Shown: positions 22,101-33,688 of the stretch, one piece after another
Numbering within the stretch: position 1 is the stretch's first letter
Layout of the letters: every line of letters begins with the position of its first letter
Origin: Craspedostauros australis
Lineage: Eukaryota
DNA length: 41,858 bases
Assembly: GCA_030167865.1 (NCBI GenBank)
Contig: JALAGF010002898.1
Coordinates: 1 to 41,858, forward strand
Direction of reading: 5' to 3'
Program-made: the position numbers and the translations under genes
Notes under the pieces: model-generated
What the model was told of the DNA's origin: nothing
What the model saw: only the letters and a program-made list of their open reading frames with translations
Database searches by the model: none

Positions 22101-25100
22101 CAGCCGGTTGCTTGTCAGTCTTGTCACCTGTCGCGGTCGTAGTTGTTTCACCATTCGCAGCGATTGCATATGTTGATTTTGCGCCTGTGTTTGTGTCTTT
22201 GTTGGGGAGGACGTCTTCTGTAGATGGTGGCAATGTGGCGGGGTTTGTGGCTGTCGCACCATCGTCCTTCTTATGCTCATGCTCCGCGCTCGATTTCACC
22301 GCATCCATTTTCGGTTCTTCGTTGGTTACACGCAGCGCGGTGGCAGGCTCCACTTCCATCGCGGATTGTGGTCTCACCACCTCCTCGTCCTCGTCCTCCT
22401 CTTCGACCTGCTCGACGAAGATCACATCTTGCACCATCGAACCAACGATCTGCGACGTTTCCTCCATTGTGCATTCCAAGTATTTTATAGTTTTCAGTGT
22501 CCCTGGAGATTTGGGACTGTTGGCAGACTTATCGTGGCGTGCTTCCGATTTGACAGGAGTCGCTATTCGGAGCTTGTCGTCAACGGCTGTCGTCGTTGCT
22601 GGTATCGTTGCTGCGGCTGTTGCTGTTGTTGCCGACGGTGTTGCTGGCGTTGCCGTTGCGGATGGTTTAGCATCCAATTCCGAGGAACTCGGCAGACTCT
22701 GGGTTTTTGACGGAAGGAGGGAAGTTGCGGAAAGGTCCACGGCCACATCGTCAAGGGTGGAGTCCTTGTCGTCGTTGTCGTCTGTGAACGGTGTGTCCAT
22801 ATCGTCCAACTCCATGACGTCCTCGTGCGACATGGCGTCGTCGCAGGGCGATGCTGGTGTGGGAACCTCGCCTCTACCAATGGCATCGACGTAGGGCTTC
22901 CAGATGCGTTTGCGGTTGTTGACGAACCAATTCCGTAATCTGCTGCTGCCGATGCCTGTGTCCTTCATGATGCGAGCCTTCTCCTCAGGGCTGGGGTATG
23001 GTTCATCGATGTGTTCTGGCGACAGCATCCATGCCTTGAGATAGTCCACCGTCGATTGTGGCAGCCAACTCTTTTTGCGCGAGGGAGAAACCCGTGCTCC
23101 TTTGGTGGTCGATGATGACGACCGTCTTTTGCCAATGGAGTTGGAAGTTGTTGAGGTAGCGGCGCCGCGTGTGAGCCCAGTTCGCCTCGGTGGTTCTTCC
23201 TCGATCTCATACTTGGTGGACGAGCTCGATCGAAGACCTCTACCCGCTTCCGTCGCTTCTGCCGCCGCTGGTGATGATGTAGGTGTTTGTGTCGCGGCCG
23301 GCGATTTGGACGTCTGCATCTGCGACCGCTGCGCAATGGGAGGCGATCCATCAAAGATTTGAGTTCTGTGCGTCACGGGCCGATCTGTGGGATATGCCAC
23401 ACCGTTGATCAGCATCACGAGTTCGGATTCCACTTGTCCCAGCAAGTCCGGTTGCATCTGAGCCCAAAGAAACGAGTAGGTGAGCATGGCAGCCGGTTGC
23501 TTCGTCTTGGCATCCAATGCCACCACGCCGAATGTGAAGGATGGGAGGTTCGAGAAGACGCGGTTGTTTCCGATGGTCCAGTGCGTTCGTTGTTTGCCTG
23601 CTTTGGAAGCGAATGAGTTCCAATCCACGAAGTCGACATGCTCCAGATCGCTCTTGTTTCGCACGCACTCCTTGGCTTTGCTGACTATGGTGCGCCACAT
23701 CCCGCTTCGAGTCTGCTGGGCCAGCAGCTTGTTGAATTGAGTCATTTGCGCCGAGATGGGCGATTTCATGGTGGAACGGTCGAATCCGTTGGCGAGGAAA
23801 TGGCGGTACACGGGGTCCAGCCTATCGAGCATCGTCTGGTCGTCTTCATCGCCGAGCGGACTGACCTTGATCCGGTTCAACCTGCGCTTGCCTGGTGCCG
23901 GAAGATGCTGGGCTGGGTCCGGCAAGGAATTGCGGATCATGGGCACCGTGTTGGCGTCGATGGTGGTGGGGAAGACGGGGGGTCTGGACTTTGGGCTAGG
24001 AATAGGTATGTCGAAGCCAAGGAGACGACCGAGGAACGATATAGGATACGTGTCGGGTTCGTAGAAAATAATCTGCGTCGGGGCAAGCAGTTCGGGACCC
24101 ATGACGGGTTGATCGTTGCGTGTCGGTGGTTCCACGCCAGGCACAAGCGCCTCGAGGAGTGGATTGACAAGCCGTTGCGGGAATTCATCAGCAATGTGCA
24201 GTGGAGGGCCGGATGATCGAGGAGGCGCCTTGCGACTTGATGCGCCGTGCGCACCCTTGCGCCGACCTCTCCCTCTGGATGGCACTTCCACCCGCTGTCG
24301 TTTTTTGTAGTTGGTCTTTGATTTGCGCGATGCGGCCACTCCGGTTGCTTTTGTGGATTTATTGGTGATTCGCCTGGACTTGGTTTGCGTTGGTGGCGCC
24401 TTTGCGGAAACTGGTGTCGTCATGGTCAAGGCGTCGACATGCAGCGGTGTGGAGAAAGTGGTCGAGGAGAAGGTAGACGAGGCCGGCGTGCCAATTCCTT
24501 TTCCTGCCGATCTCGTTGATGCTGGCGTTGGAGTCGATGTATACGTTGGCACGCCGGGAAATGGCGATGACGACTCTGCTGCGGTAGCCTTTCTCGATTT
24601 GGTTCTGTTGATTCTCGTCTTGGCTGATGTCTTGCGTGTCTTTCCAGCGCCTCTTCCCTTACCTGCCCCTCGACCTCTGCCAGGAACCCTGCGCTGACTG
24701 CTCGGAGCCTTCCTGCTGATGCCCGTCTTGGTTGGGGTGGACTCGTATATGGTGGCAAACGCCAGCGGGTTGTCTTGTGCAGCAGCGTTCGTGGAAGGTT
24801 CTGGCGCATGCTGTGGCACAACCTTTGCCAATTTCTTGAGATCTTTCATTCCCATGGACGGCCGACCTTTGGTCTTCGCGCTGGAGGATCTGGTGCCATT
24901 GCTGATCGGAGTTGCGAAACCCAACGGATCCGATCGCGGTTGTTGCATCGCCGTCATGAGCTGCGACGTCGACGATGCGTTTTGGTTATAGGAAGAATCA
25001 TTCTGGAATCTCGAGATAGAACTCGACGACGGAGATGCGAACATGTTCACTTGCGAATAGCTGGAGGCCGACTGAGCACTTTGAATCATCGCCGATGACC

Positions 25101-25776
25101 CCTCGTTGCTGTGACCGGTCCAATTCTCGGCGTCAGCACCGGCTGCAGTTGCAGCAGTGGTACCACTACCACTGCCACTTCCACTACCACTTCCATTTGA
25201 TGCCCGACCAAAGGTGTTTTGAAACTTTCGTCCACGACGAAGCACCTTCGGGAAAAGATCGACGGCGGTCGCCTTGAGAGTATCGGAGTCTGCAAATGAC
25301 ACATCCATGCCACGAGCATTGACGCTCGTGCTGTTCGCGCTCGCCGCCAACGCAACAGGCACATCCGGTGGCAAGGCAACGCTGGTGGAAATGATCGCGA
25401 GGCCTCGATCTGCAATCAACGGGGTTGCTCCTTGCGCTGCTCGCGTGGATGTCCCCGTTCTGGGGGTCTGTCCCAACGCAGTGCCAAGATGAGCGATGAT
25501 ATTGTCGGACGCAGATGCGGCCACTGCAGAAGGCGCCAACGGCCTTGGGCTGAGAGCATCGTCCGGCAATCCGATGGGCGTTGGTTCCAGCACATCCATA
25601 TCCGCGACGAAAGGTGCTGCAACGTTGGTATCGGCATGGAAGCTCATGTCGCCGCCTTGGTTGGCGCGTCTGGTGCTGTTCGTGGCCTCAGCCGATCCCT
25701 GAAGAGACCTCGCGCGATCCTCCCCAGGCCTGTGCGTCTTTGCAGTGACCTGATTGCCCATTTCTCCTTCTGCCAT
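16147..25776 (-). CDS. Very large chromatin protein: TALE/KN homeodomain + two PHD-Zn knuckle-PHD (PZP-like) modules, 3 exons, about 3042 aa
   Basis: Exons 25776-19793, 19519-19257 and 19028-16147 (both donors GTAAGT; 9129 nt in frame). Homeodomain LKAW...PYPSPEEK...LRNWFVNNRKRIWKP at 22894-23079. BRPF/JADE-type PHD CMICDDGE...NQILFCEACNVPVHQFCYGV..IPEGDYYCVAC plus ePHD at 20428-21054. A second PHD/ePHD spans both introns. The start codon is uncertain. Confidence 0.85.
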
Positions 25777-25882
25777 CTCAGTTGCTTGTGGAGTGAGTTC
25801 ACGTGTGTTTGGCGCAGTGATGATATGATGCCTGCGCTGCTCTCCCACCAAGCAACGACAGGCACAGTTGGAGTGGCGCAAT

Positions 25883-25959
25883 GATGCAACGGGTGATGCA
25901 ATGGGTAATGCAACGAGTGATGCAATGGGTGATGCGATGAGTGATGCGATGAGTGATGC
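25883..25959. repeat. About 6.4 x 12-bp minisatellite (GATGCAATGGGT/GATGCGATGAGT) upstream of the PZP gene ATG
   Basis: Tandem units read directly; a looser GATGTCAATGAT repeat follows at ~26125-26190. Confidence 0.85.
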
Positions 25960-27948
25960 CCTGTGACTTGATCTCGGACGCGGCTTCTGCTGTTGCTCTG
26001 TTCTGATGATGCTGCACTGCTGTTCTCGCGTGGATGGTGTGGTTTGCACGCGCTTCACTGTAGCGCAAAGTCAGCTTCGGAGTGGAATGGGTGATGCTTG
26101 CAACACAGCTCAGCACGCAGATCTTGATGTCAATGATTGTGATGATGTCAATGATTATGATGGAGTCAATGATGAAGTCAATGATGTTGATGGGACTATC
26201 CCCCTTCTTGGTCGGTTGGTGTGGATCCACTGTTTTGGGGGGTTTGGAGGATGCTGCACTGCGTTGGGCACATCTCACCGTTCTCCGTTGTCGCTTCACC
26301 GCAAATCGCGAAGATTGGGCTCACCCAATTTTTTTCGTGGCTCTTTCTCCATCTCTCTTTTGGGCCTGTATGTCATAGTTATGTCTCAAATCATATCGCA
26401 TGCGACAAATAGGATTCCTCACAGGTGGACAGATGTGTGGACAATCTGGGACGTTGGAGTCGATTGAATCATCGATTCACCATCCACATTTTCGATGTTC
26501 CCTTTCTTGCCTTGGCAGTCGTGTTTTTCGTACTGTGGCTGGTCCATGTCGGTTTCGCGCCCAGCAAACTGCCAGAAACGGCCAGAGGCCGCCATCACCA
26601 AACCGATTTCTGGCTCGTCCAAAGCCCACGATCGATCGGCCCTCCTCCCTCACCGCCCTGGGCCATTCCAAAGACCATGTCCATGCAACCATCCCGATTC
26701 CTTCACCACTCGCCGTACCACATGCAACGGATGTTACACCACCTCGCCATTTTTGCGTTTGGCTTCATTTTATGTCAGTTTTGCATCGCGAACGTACTTA
26801 TCTCGACAACGCGCCCACCTTTTTCCAAACTAACTGCGCCCTTCGTTTCTCCACTTGTCGCCGCAGGTATGTGCATCATGCGGGCCTCTGAGATGCATGG
26901 CAAGCCAACTTTCCACATTCGGCCATGGTTGCACGCATCGTGCTGGGGATTTTGTGTTTGTGTGAGATGGAGGCAACAAAACGCAGACGAAAGGAGAAGG
27001 TGTCGCAAACTCGCAGAAGCAAACAATGCGCACTTGTCGCGGGCTTCGATTCCTCGGATTGAGGCATTGGTCCGACCGTCGTCAGGTTGCGGAGGTTTTC
27101 TTGTAGCCTAACTTCGTGTCTAGACAAACTTCTGTCGTTGTGTGTTGCTCCATCATTTAACTGATTTAATGTGTATCCTTGGTCATGTCGGCAAGGGTGC
27201 AGTTCCGCCACCCTGTCTGATGGTATGTTGGTCACATTGGGTGTAGGAGGCCTTCCAGACGATCTTCTTTCGATAGATGCAACACCTTGTGCTCGGGGAG
27301 GTGTCTGGAAGAGGGCACCGTGCATGTGCGGATGCGGTTCTGCGATTTTGATCCAAAAACTCTCCTGGAGGGGGAGGCGCAGAACGATGCTCGAGGGATG
27401 TAGTGAAGATGGCGATGAGGGAGGCATGCTCTAGAGTTGGCAGTCCTACTTTCGTCTGCTCCGATTGATTCGGTGGGAAGGTGTTGTGGTTTGATCCTTC
27501 TAGCGTTGCTCGCGGTGCTACGGATGATGTTGATGATAGCAATGGCAGAAAGTGATGCAGCGAGCAGACAGCGTTTCTCGCTGGGTGCCTTCTGATGGCC
27601 CTCTTCGTTCTGATTCCGAATTGCCAGCTGCGGCCTTGGGGGAGTGCCCCTAGAGTGGAGGTCGCGTGACAGTCTAGAGCCCATCGGATCTCTCCTGCCT
27701 ATCGTTCGTGGAGAAGGCTTCTGTACTGTTGTCGTTGTTCAGGCGCGCATTGTTCAATACTATTCTAGTACATCATGATGGAGTACACACTGCCCACCAT
27801 CGCATCCATCGAGCACAAGAGGAGGACATATCTGCTCCATGTTGACAGCGACAGCGCTGGATGCAGTCATACGTGGAGCATTCGTCGAGTAGGATGAAAG
27901 AGTTCATTCTTTAGTCGTAGTCTGTCCATGCAAAGGACTGTTGCTCCC

Positions 27949-27950
<2 letters not shown>

Positions 27951-27979
<29 letters not shown>
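27951..27979. repeat. (GA)14 microsatellite just past the PPR stop codon
   Basis: Read directly from the sequence. Confidence 0.9.
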
Positions 27980-28006
27980 GCCATCATATGTTACGCAATT
28001 CCCACT

Positions 28007-30205
28007 TCATCGTCTGGCGTTGCAGATGAACTCGCGTGGGAGATGGGATAGTTCCAGACTGTCGTTGATACCTTTCGTTGCAAATGGTCGCCTCGGCGGA
28101 GTCCGTTCATTGCCACCGCCACCATCGCCAGCACCACCATCACGGCCGCCGCTGTTGCTGCCGCGCAAGATGTCCATCCAGTCTTCATCCGATAGCATGG
28201 ACCTCTTCATTTGCTGCAGTACGATTTCGTTGACGAGGCCTCTCGAAGAGCACAGGGAGAACACCTCTTTCAGGTTCTGTGTCTGCTTGGGCTGCCGCAC
28301 CAACCGCCGCGTCGCTTTGCAAAAATGGGCGAACGTCGTCGACGTGGGTTCCAGCGTGCGCGCTCGGGGCTGCCTTGGCCTTGACTTTCCATCATTCCTC
28401 TTCGTGCGGTTCATCCTCGGCGTCTGCTTCGAGCCACCGCTGCGATGATCGTTGCCTCCGTCGCGCATCGTCGTGCGGAAGGCTTCCACCGCGATCTCGT
28501 ACGACTTTCGTTTCAGCTCCTCGTCGCCGAAGGCGTTGGCGCACGCCATGAGCAGCGAGTTGTAGGAGATGATGTCGGGATGGCATTCGGCACGCGGGTG
28601 CTGCTTCATCTCGCATAGCACGTGGTACGCGCGCAGGGCCTTGTCCGCGCGAGGGCTGCGGGCGTAGGCATTGAGGAGGGCGTTCCAGTGGAAGTTGGTC
28701 GGCTTCAGCTCGATGCGTCCGTCCGCGTGCTGTTCTTCCAGCTCGATCAGCAGAGAGTGGGCGGTCCCGCAGGCATCCCATTTGCCAGATTTGGCCAGCG
28801 CCGTGATGACGGAGGTGTAGGTTTGAGAGTTGGGCCCCATGCCGTCATCCTCCAAGGCTTTCATCTGCTCCAGCAGCTTCATCGCTTCGTCGGCCGCGCC
28901 GGGGTTGTCGGCGCCAGATATCTTGGCCCATCCATCGATGACGCACGAGAATGCGATCGTGTCTGGCTTCATCTGCACGTTGCCGTCCTCGTATGCCTGC
29001 ATGAGATCGTTCAAGATTTTTTGCGCGCGCTGCGGCTGACCTGCCTTGGCCAACGAGGACATGATGGCCGTGTAGGTGAAACGATTCGGCTCGATTTGCG
29101 GATCATCGCGACGCAGCCGTTCGAAGATCGCGCGCGCCTTGTAGGGCTTGCCGCACTTGGCCCATCCCTGGATGACCGAGTTGTAGGTGTAGATGTCCGG
29201 CTGCACGCCGTGATTGCCAGCCTCATTGATCACCACCATGTGCTCTAACAGATCCTGCGCACGCTGCGCTGCCTGTCCTGCATTCGGTCCTTGCACCTGC
29301 TGCACCCATGCGTAAATCACTGTGTTGAACGACGTGGTGTCCACCATGACGTTCGACTTGAGAGGATCCATCATGTGTCGCAGCAGCTTCTCCGCCTTCA
29401 ATGCCATGCCCTTGTCACGAGACTGGGCATACGAATACAGCACGGCGTTGTACGTGACGACATCCGGCTGCAGCAGACCTCCCTTCTCCTCCATCTGATG
29501 CAGCAGCTGGACGCAATGGCGATGGTCGCCTTGTCGGGCGTACGAGATCATGACGGTGTTGAAGGAGATGACGTCGGCCTGGGCGGCGCTGTGGCTGTCG
29601 AGCATGCCCTGCAGCAGCTCGTAGGCCTTGTCGGGATTGTCATCCTCCTTCCATGCCTTGAGCACGGTGTTGTAGGAGACGGTGTCCGGCGACACATCGT
29701 AGTACCCCTCCTGATGCAGTGCTCGGATGCGCTGCAGCATCTCCTGCGCACGAGGAGCTGCGCCTTGCTGCGCCAGCGAATCCAGATTCAGATTCAGCGA
29801 TATCAGCGGGTTGTTTCCCTGTTCCAGGCTCTGCTGTCGGCGTTCGTTCGCGTCGACGCGTGGGTTGCCGTTGCCAACTGCGCAGAGTCGCGTCCTCAGC
29901 GGCTGGCGATTGCGCCAAACTGCCGAGTTGGAGGATGCCACATTGTGATTGCTACTGTTACTGCTGTTTCTGTTGCTGTTGGTATTGCCGTTGTGATTGG
30001 CTGACGACATTCGTTGCTCTCTGCATCCACCCTCTACCATGATCATCTTCACGCTCGTGCCTGTGGGTCCTTTGAAATGTGCGAGGCTTCGTTGGCAGCT
30101 GCCATGATGGGCAAACGATTCCACCGAGACTGAGAACAGGCACAACGACGCGATTGCGAAGCATGGGGCGAATGTCACGAAGAACGCCTTTGTGGGACGG
30201 CCCAT
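28007..30205 (-). CDS. Plastid-targeted pentatricopeptide repeat (PPR) protein, 732 aa
   Basis: Signal peptide MGRPTKAFFVTFAPCFAIASLCLFSVSVES-FAH. About 10 repeats of type PD.vsYNtv..a.ak: PDTVSYNTVLKAW, ADVISFNTVMISY, PDVVTYNAVLYSY, PDIYTYNSVIQGW, PNRFTYTAIMSSL, PDIISYNSLLMAC. Confidence 0.92.
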   Translation of the reverse strand: MGRPTKAFFVTFAPCFAIASLCLFSVSVESFAHHGSCQRSLAHFKGPTGTSVKMIMVEGGCREQRMSSANHNGNTNSNRNSSNSSNHNVASSNSAVWRNRQPLRTRLCAVGNGNPRVDANERRQQSLEQGNNPLISLNLNLDSLAQQGAAPRAQEMLQRIRALHQEGYYDVSPDTVSYNTVLKAWKEDDNPDKAYELLQGMLDSHSAAQADVISFNTVMISYARQGDHRHCVQLLHQMEEKGGLLQPDVVTYNAVLYSYAQSRDKGMALKAEKLLRHMMDPLKSNVMVDTTSFNTVIYAWVQQVQGPNAGQAAQRAQDLLEHMVVINEAGNHGVQPDIYTYNSVIQGWAKCGKPYKARAIFERLRRDDPQIEPNRFTYTAIMSSLAKAGQPQRAQKILNDLMQAYEDGNVQMKPDTIAFSCVIDGWAKISGADNPGAADEAMKLLEQMKALEDDGMGPNSQTYTSVITALAKSGKWDACGTAHSLLIELEEQHADGRIELKPTNFHWNALLNAYARSPRADKALRAYHVLCEMKQHPRAECHPDIISYNSLLMACANAFGDEELKRKSYEIAVEAFRTTMRDGGNDHRSGGSKQTPRMNRTKRNDGKSRPRQPRARTLEPTSTTFAHFCKATRRLVRQPKQTQNLKEVFSLCSSRGLVNEIVLQQMKRSMLSDEDWMDILRGSNSGGRDGGAGDGGGGNERTPPRRPFATKGINDSLELSHLPREFICNARR

Positions 30206-30776
30206 CCTTGCGATCACACTGCACTGTGTCGGTGAGTGCGTACGTATAATATTATAGAATAGAATAATATAATAGAATATGGGTGAGTGCTTGCGTAATC
30301 GCAATCGAATGGCAGTCACAAGATTGTTGGCAGTGCCCCCGTTGCTGTCACAAGGATACCAGTGTTCGTGGGAAGGAACAGACACGCGATCTCCCGAAGT
30401 CGCCTATTTCCCGACATGGTTGTGAAACCACGACAAACAACAGATGGCAGACATGATCGAGACTTTGAACTTGGCACCTTTTTGGCGCCTTTTCATTGGA
30501 AACCCGGAGTCACGAGCGATGTCAGCATGTGAGACACGAATTGATTCGTGTGATTGGGGAGGTCGAATTCAATGGAATACTATGGTCGGTGTGGTGTAGG
30601 GAAACGGAGGAAGAGATTCGGGGCAGTTGCAACTCTGCGAGTTGTACTCGTAGAATATAATATAATACTTTGCAGGACGTGCACCTCCGCGTCTTCTAAT
30701 TCCGTGATACCAGAGACCTTCGCAGGGCACACCATCCTGGCCTGATCTACTCTGTTCTTCCCCTGATGCGCGTAGT

Positions 30777-31886
30777 CTATAATCTGTCCTGAATGACGTG
30801 CTGCCTGATTTGCTGCCAATCTCTGTCGAACACGGCCTTACGCAAACGAGTTGCTTCACCTTTGCATTCTTCATGGATGTTGAATCTCTTCCTTCCAACA
30901 ACGTCGAATCCTGGATACGAACACTCCACGTACCCGCGCGTGACACCTTCGTGGGCGTCGCCTGGGAAGACGAGCATCCTGAACAACGAATCGTCAGACA
31001 CCGTCACCTGCACCTCTCCTTTGCGAATCCTTCCATCGCATCCACCGCAGATGGCCCTGGCTGTGTTGGAAACCTTGCGCTTCACTTCAAACAGCCCTCT
31101 CCATCTACCTCGCACTGGGCACAATTGTTCGATTTTGTTTTCACGTTCAAAGTAGGCAACGTCGTAATCGAAGCCATCGTTGTCGGCGTCGTCATCGTCG
31201 TCATTTGTGGGCGATTCGTATGAGGCGCCGACCTTGCGCAGTCTGCCATCATCAACGCATGTCTTCAACGCCTTCTTGAGACTGTTTCGGGTCCTGTGAT
31301 CTTCGAAGGACATGTCAAAGTGATCGGCCAATTCCTTTTTGATCTTTGGCAAGGATAGCTTGGGTTCGTTGGAAGCATTCATGACGAACACAACCTTGGA
31401 GACGGCTGATGCTCGCTTGCTTGGTTTCTTTGGTATTATTTGTTGCGGGAGCGTGACCGTGTCTCCTGCATTGGTATGGGCTGAAGTTCGGTTGTCCCCG
31501 GTTCCCCGCAAGAGCCTGAGCAGTTCTGCCACTGTCACGATCGGAATGCCTTTTGACACTGCCGTGCTGTACTTCGAAGATCCAACTCCCGTTAAGCGGC
31601 CGTAGTCGTTGCGTCCTGTCCGACCCAACACGAGGTGCGTCGTCTTGCCGGAGATGGCTTGAGTGACCTTGACGCCCTTGGCCTTCAAGGATGCCTCGAG
31701 TGTAGGCTTCCTGTCGAAGATTCCCGTCAACACAACTCTCCATTGATTCATCGGAAGCGATGAAGTCACGGTGGCGGTGGGCGAATCGTTTTGATCAGCA
31801 TGGTGCTGCCCAGCCCTAGCCCTTTTGGTGGGAGGATCTGGGCTGTCATCGAACAACGATGATCCTTGTGCAGCTCGTTTGGGCAT
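30777..31886 (-). CDS. BRCT + linker-histone-like (H15) winged helix + PARP-type zinc finger protein, about 369 aa
   Basis: BRCT: VVLTG...GVKVTQAISGKTTHLVLG...SKYSTAVSKGIPIVT. H15-like: LSLPKIKKEL...LKKALKTCVDDGRLRKVGASY. zf-PARP-like: ARAICGGCDGRIRKGEVQV...IHEEC. The start at MPKR is inferred. Confidence 0.75.
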   Translation of the reverse strand: MPKRAAQGSSLFDDSPDPPTKRARAGQHHADQNDSPTATVTSSLPMNQWRVVLTGIFDRKPTLEASLKAKGVKVTQAISGKTTHLVLGRTGRNDYGRLTGVGSSKYSTAVSKGIPIVTVAELLRLLRGTGDNRTSAHTNAGDTVTLPQQIIPKKPSKRASAVSKVVFVMNASNEPKLSLPKIKKELADHFDMSFEDHRTRNSLKKALKTCVDDGRLRKVGASYESPTNDDDDDADNDGFDYDVAYFERENKIEQLCPVRGRWRGLFEVKRKVSNTARAICGGCDGRIRKGEVQVTVSDDSLFRMLVFPGDAHEGVTRGYVECSYPGFDVVGRKRFNIHEECKGEATRLRKAVFDRDWQQIRQHVIQDRL

Positions 31887-32458
31887 TTCGGTGGATTGGC
31901 GAAGCAACTGGGTTGGATGAGTGATGAATGATGAATGGGTTGGACTGTGATTTGTGTGGAAGAAATGCGCAACCAAACCAAACCAAAACACAAGACACCA
32001 TGCACTCGCCACACACATTATCGTCGGAATGAAGTTTGAGGCCATCGTTCAGATTCGGGATTGGATGCGACACCACACACGACTCGATCCTCCCAATCCA
32101 CGCCTGCGATCTCCAAACGTGTTTCGCCGAAGCCGTGGACTGAGAGGCGTGAGAGTGCGAGCAAGGGAGAGGATCATCACGGCGAGATACGATGGCGCCA
32201 ATGACCAAACAAACAACACGAACACTGACGAATCCAACAAGGAGAGCAACGGATTGGAGGTCCTACAATAAATTGTACGGAGCTTGACTGCTGCACTGCT
32301 GCGTGAAGCTTACCTGAATCATTGCGCCTTGAAGAGGGTCAAAACCGTTCACTCTTGATTCCACAAGATTCATTTCCACACATTCGAGCAGGTGCCTGCG
32401 AATCAATCCATAAAATAATAATAATATTTGTTACACCAACCTACCCCGCACGTACAGA

Positions 32459-33507
32459 ATGACCAAGTCCGGCTGTGGACGCTGCGTGGTGGTCGTTAGA
32501 CATGGGGAGCGACAGGACTATGTCACCAGAGATGCCGGTGGCAACTGGATCGCTTCGGCGAAGCGGCCGTGGGATCCTCCGTTGACAGAACACGGCAAGG
32601 TGCAAGCAACGACGGTGGGAAAGAATTTGAGAACCATGTTGGAAAAGATCAACATGCCTCCCACGGTCAGTGCTGTCTACTCGTCTCCGTTGCTGCGCTG
32701 TCGTCAGACGGCTGCAGCCATTTCGATTCACGCAAGCACAAACCTGGAATCTCCAGCCAAGATCCGAGCGGAAGAAGGATTGGTGGAAAGCCTGAATCAA
32801 GGATTCTACCGTTCCTGGGCTTTGCCGACCAGCGATGGAACGTGGGATCATCTGCGACGTGAAAATCCATTGGACAAGCTCATCCAAGAACCGGAGAAGC
32901 TCCATCCTGCATCAAAGCAACCAATCCAGCACTTGATCAACTGGAAAGATGCCGAGAATGACGAAGCGCTGCTCTCCATGATGGATGACGCTCACGTCTC
33001 GAAGACGAAGCTCAAGATGGAGTACCAGTTTTGCCCACCCGAGTTGGAGTCGTTCAAAACCCAACGAGCTCGCATGCATGAGGCGGCCGAAGAATTGAGC
33101 AAGGCTCATGTGGACGAAACCATCGTCATGGTATCGCATGGTGAGCAGCGTTTGATGAAGTGTTGTGTAGTATGGTGTGCGGTCCGCTAACTATTATGCA
33201 TGCTATTTGAGTGCCCCGCCTTTCCATGTCATACTGACACCATTGCGTCATCGTCTCTGTCACCCTATCCCGCATCACACCCCGATCAACAGGAGGACCG
33301 GTCACCCATCTGTATGAAAGCTTGACTGACAACGATTGGCTGGGTCATGGCCATCCCACATACTGCTGCGTTTCCATCTACAACAAATCAGATGGAAGCG
33401 ACAAGTGGGAGCCGCTCATCGTGAACCAACCAGTCTCTCAGGAAATGACACAGGCCAACGATGCCGCTGCCAACAAGGATCCAAACAAGGCATTCGCATG
33501 GACATAA
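32459..33507 (+). CDS. Histidine phosphatase / phosphoglycerate mutase family protein, 2 exons, 298 aa
   Basis: Exons 32459-33140 and 33293-33507 (CATG|GTGAGC...CAACAG|GA). Motifs VVRHGER, DPPLTEHG, YSSPLLRCRQTA, VMVSHGGPV. Confidence 0.92.
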
Positions 33508-33688
33508 GCGGTTAAAGCAAAGCAGGCAGCGACGACTTGTCAATCAATCACGCAAACGATCCCGTGAAGCAAGATGATCATCTGAAGTAAACAAAAATAA
33601 GGAGTAGCAATGCTGTAACTCCAACTTGAGGTTTCTGTAATTGTTAGTGGAAGAGCTGGGCGAAAAGAGGCTGGCCTGATACGGCGTT

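Noticed and set aside
25777-26058. N-terminal ORF extension of the PZP gene with ASLI/ASPI repeats
   Set aside because: GTG start and made largely of a 12-bp minisatellite, so treated as UTR. An upstream exon cannot be fully excluded.
26400-27700. Several overlapping 120-230 aa ORFs, one with a TM-like stretch (LLAASLSAIAIINII)
   Set aside because: No family motif or consistent splice model; may be intergenic or a decayed gene.
30206-30385. ORF-track N-terminal extensions on the PPR (also OsmC 14976-15155 and BRCT 31887-32045)
   Set aside because: Non-ATG starts or UTR/intron-like composition; the downstream ATGs give proper targeting peptides or an NLS-like start.
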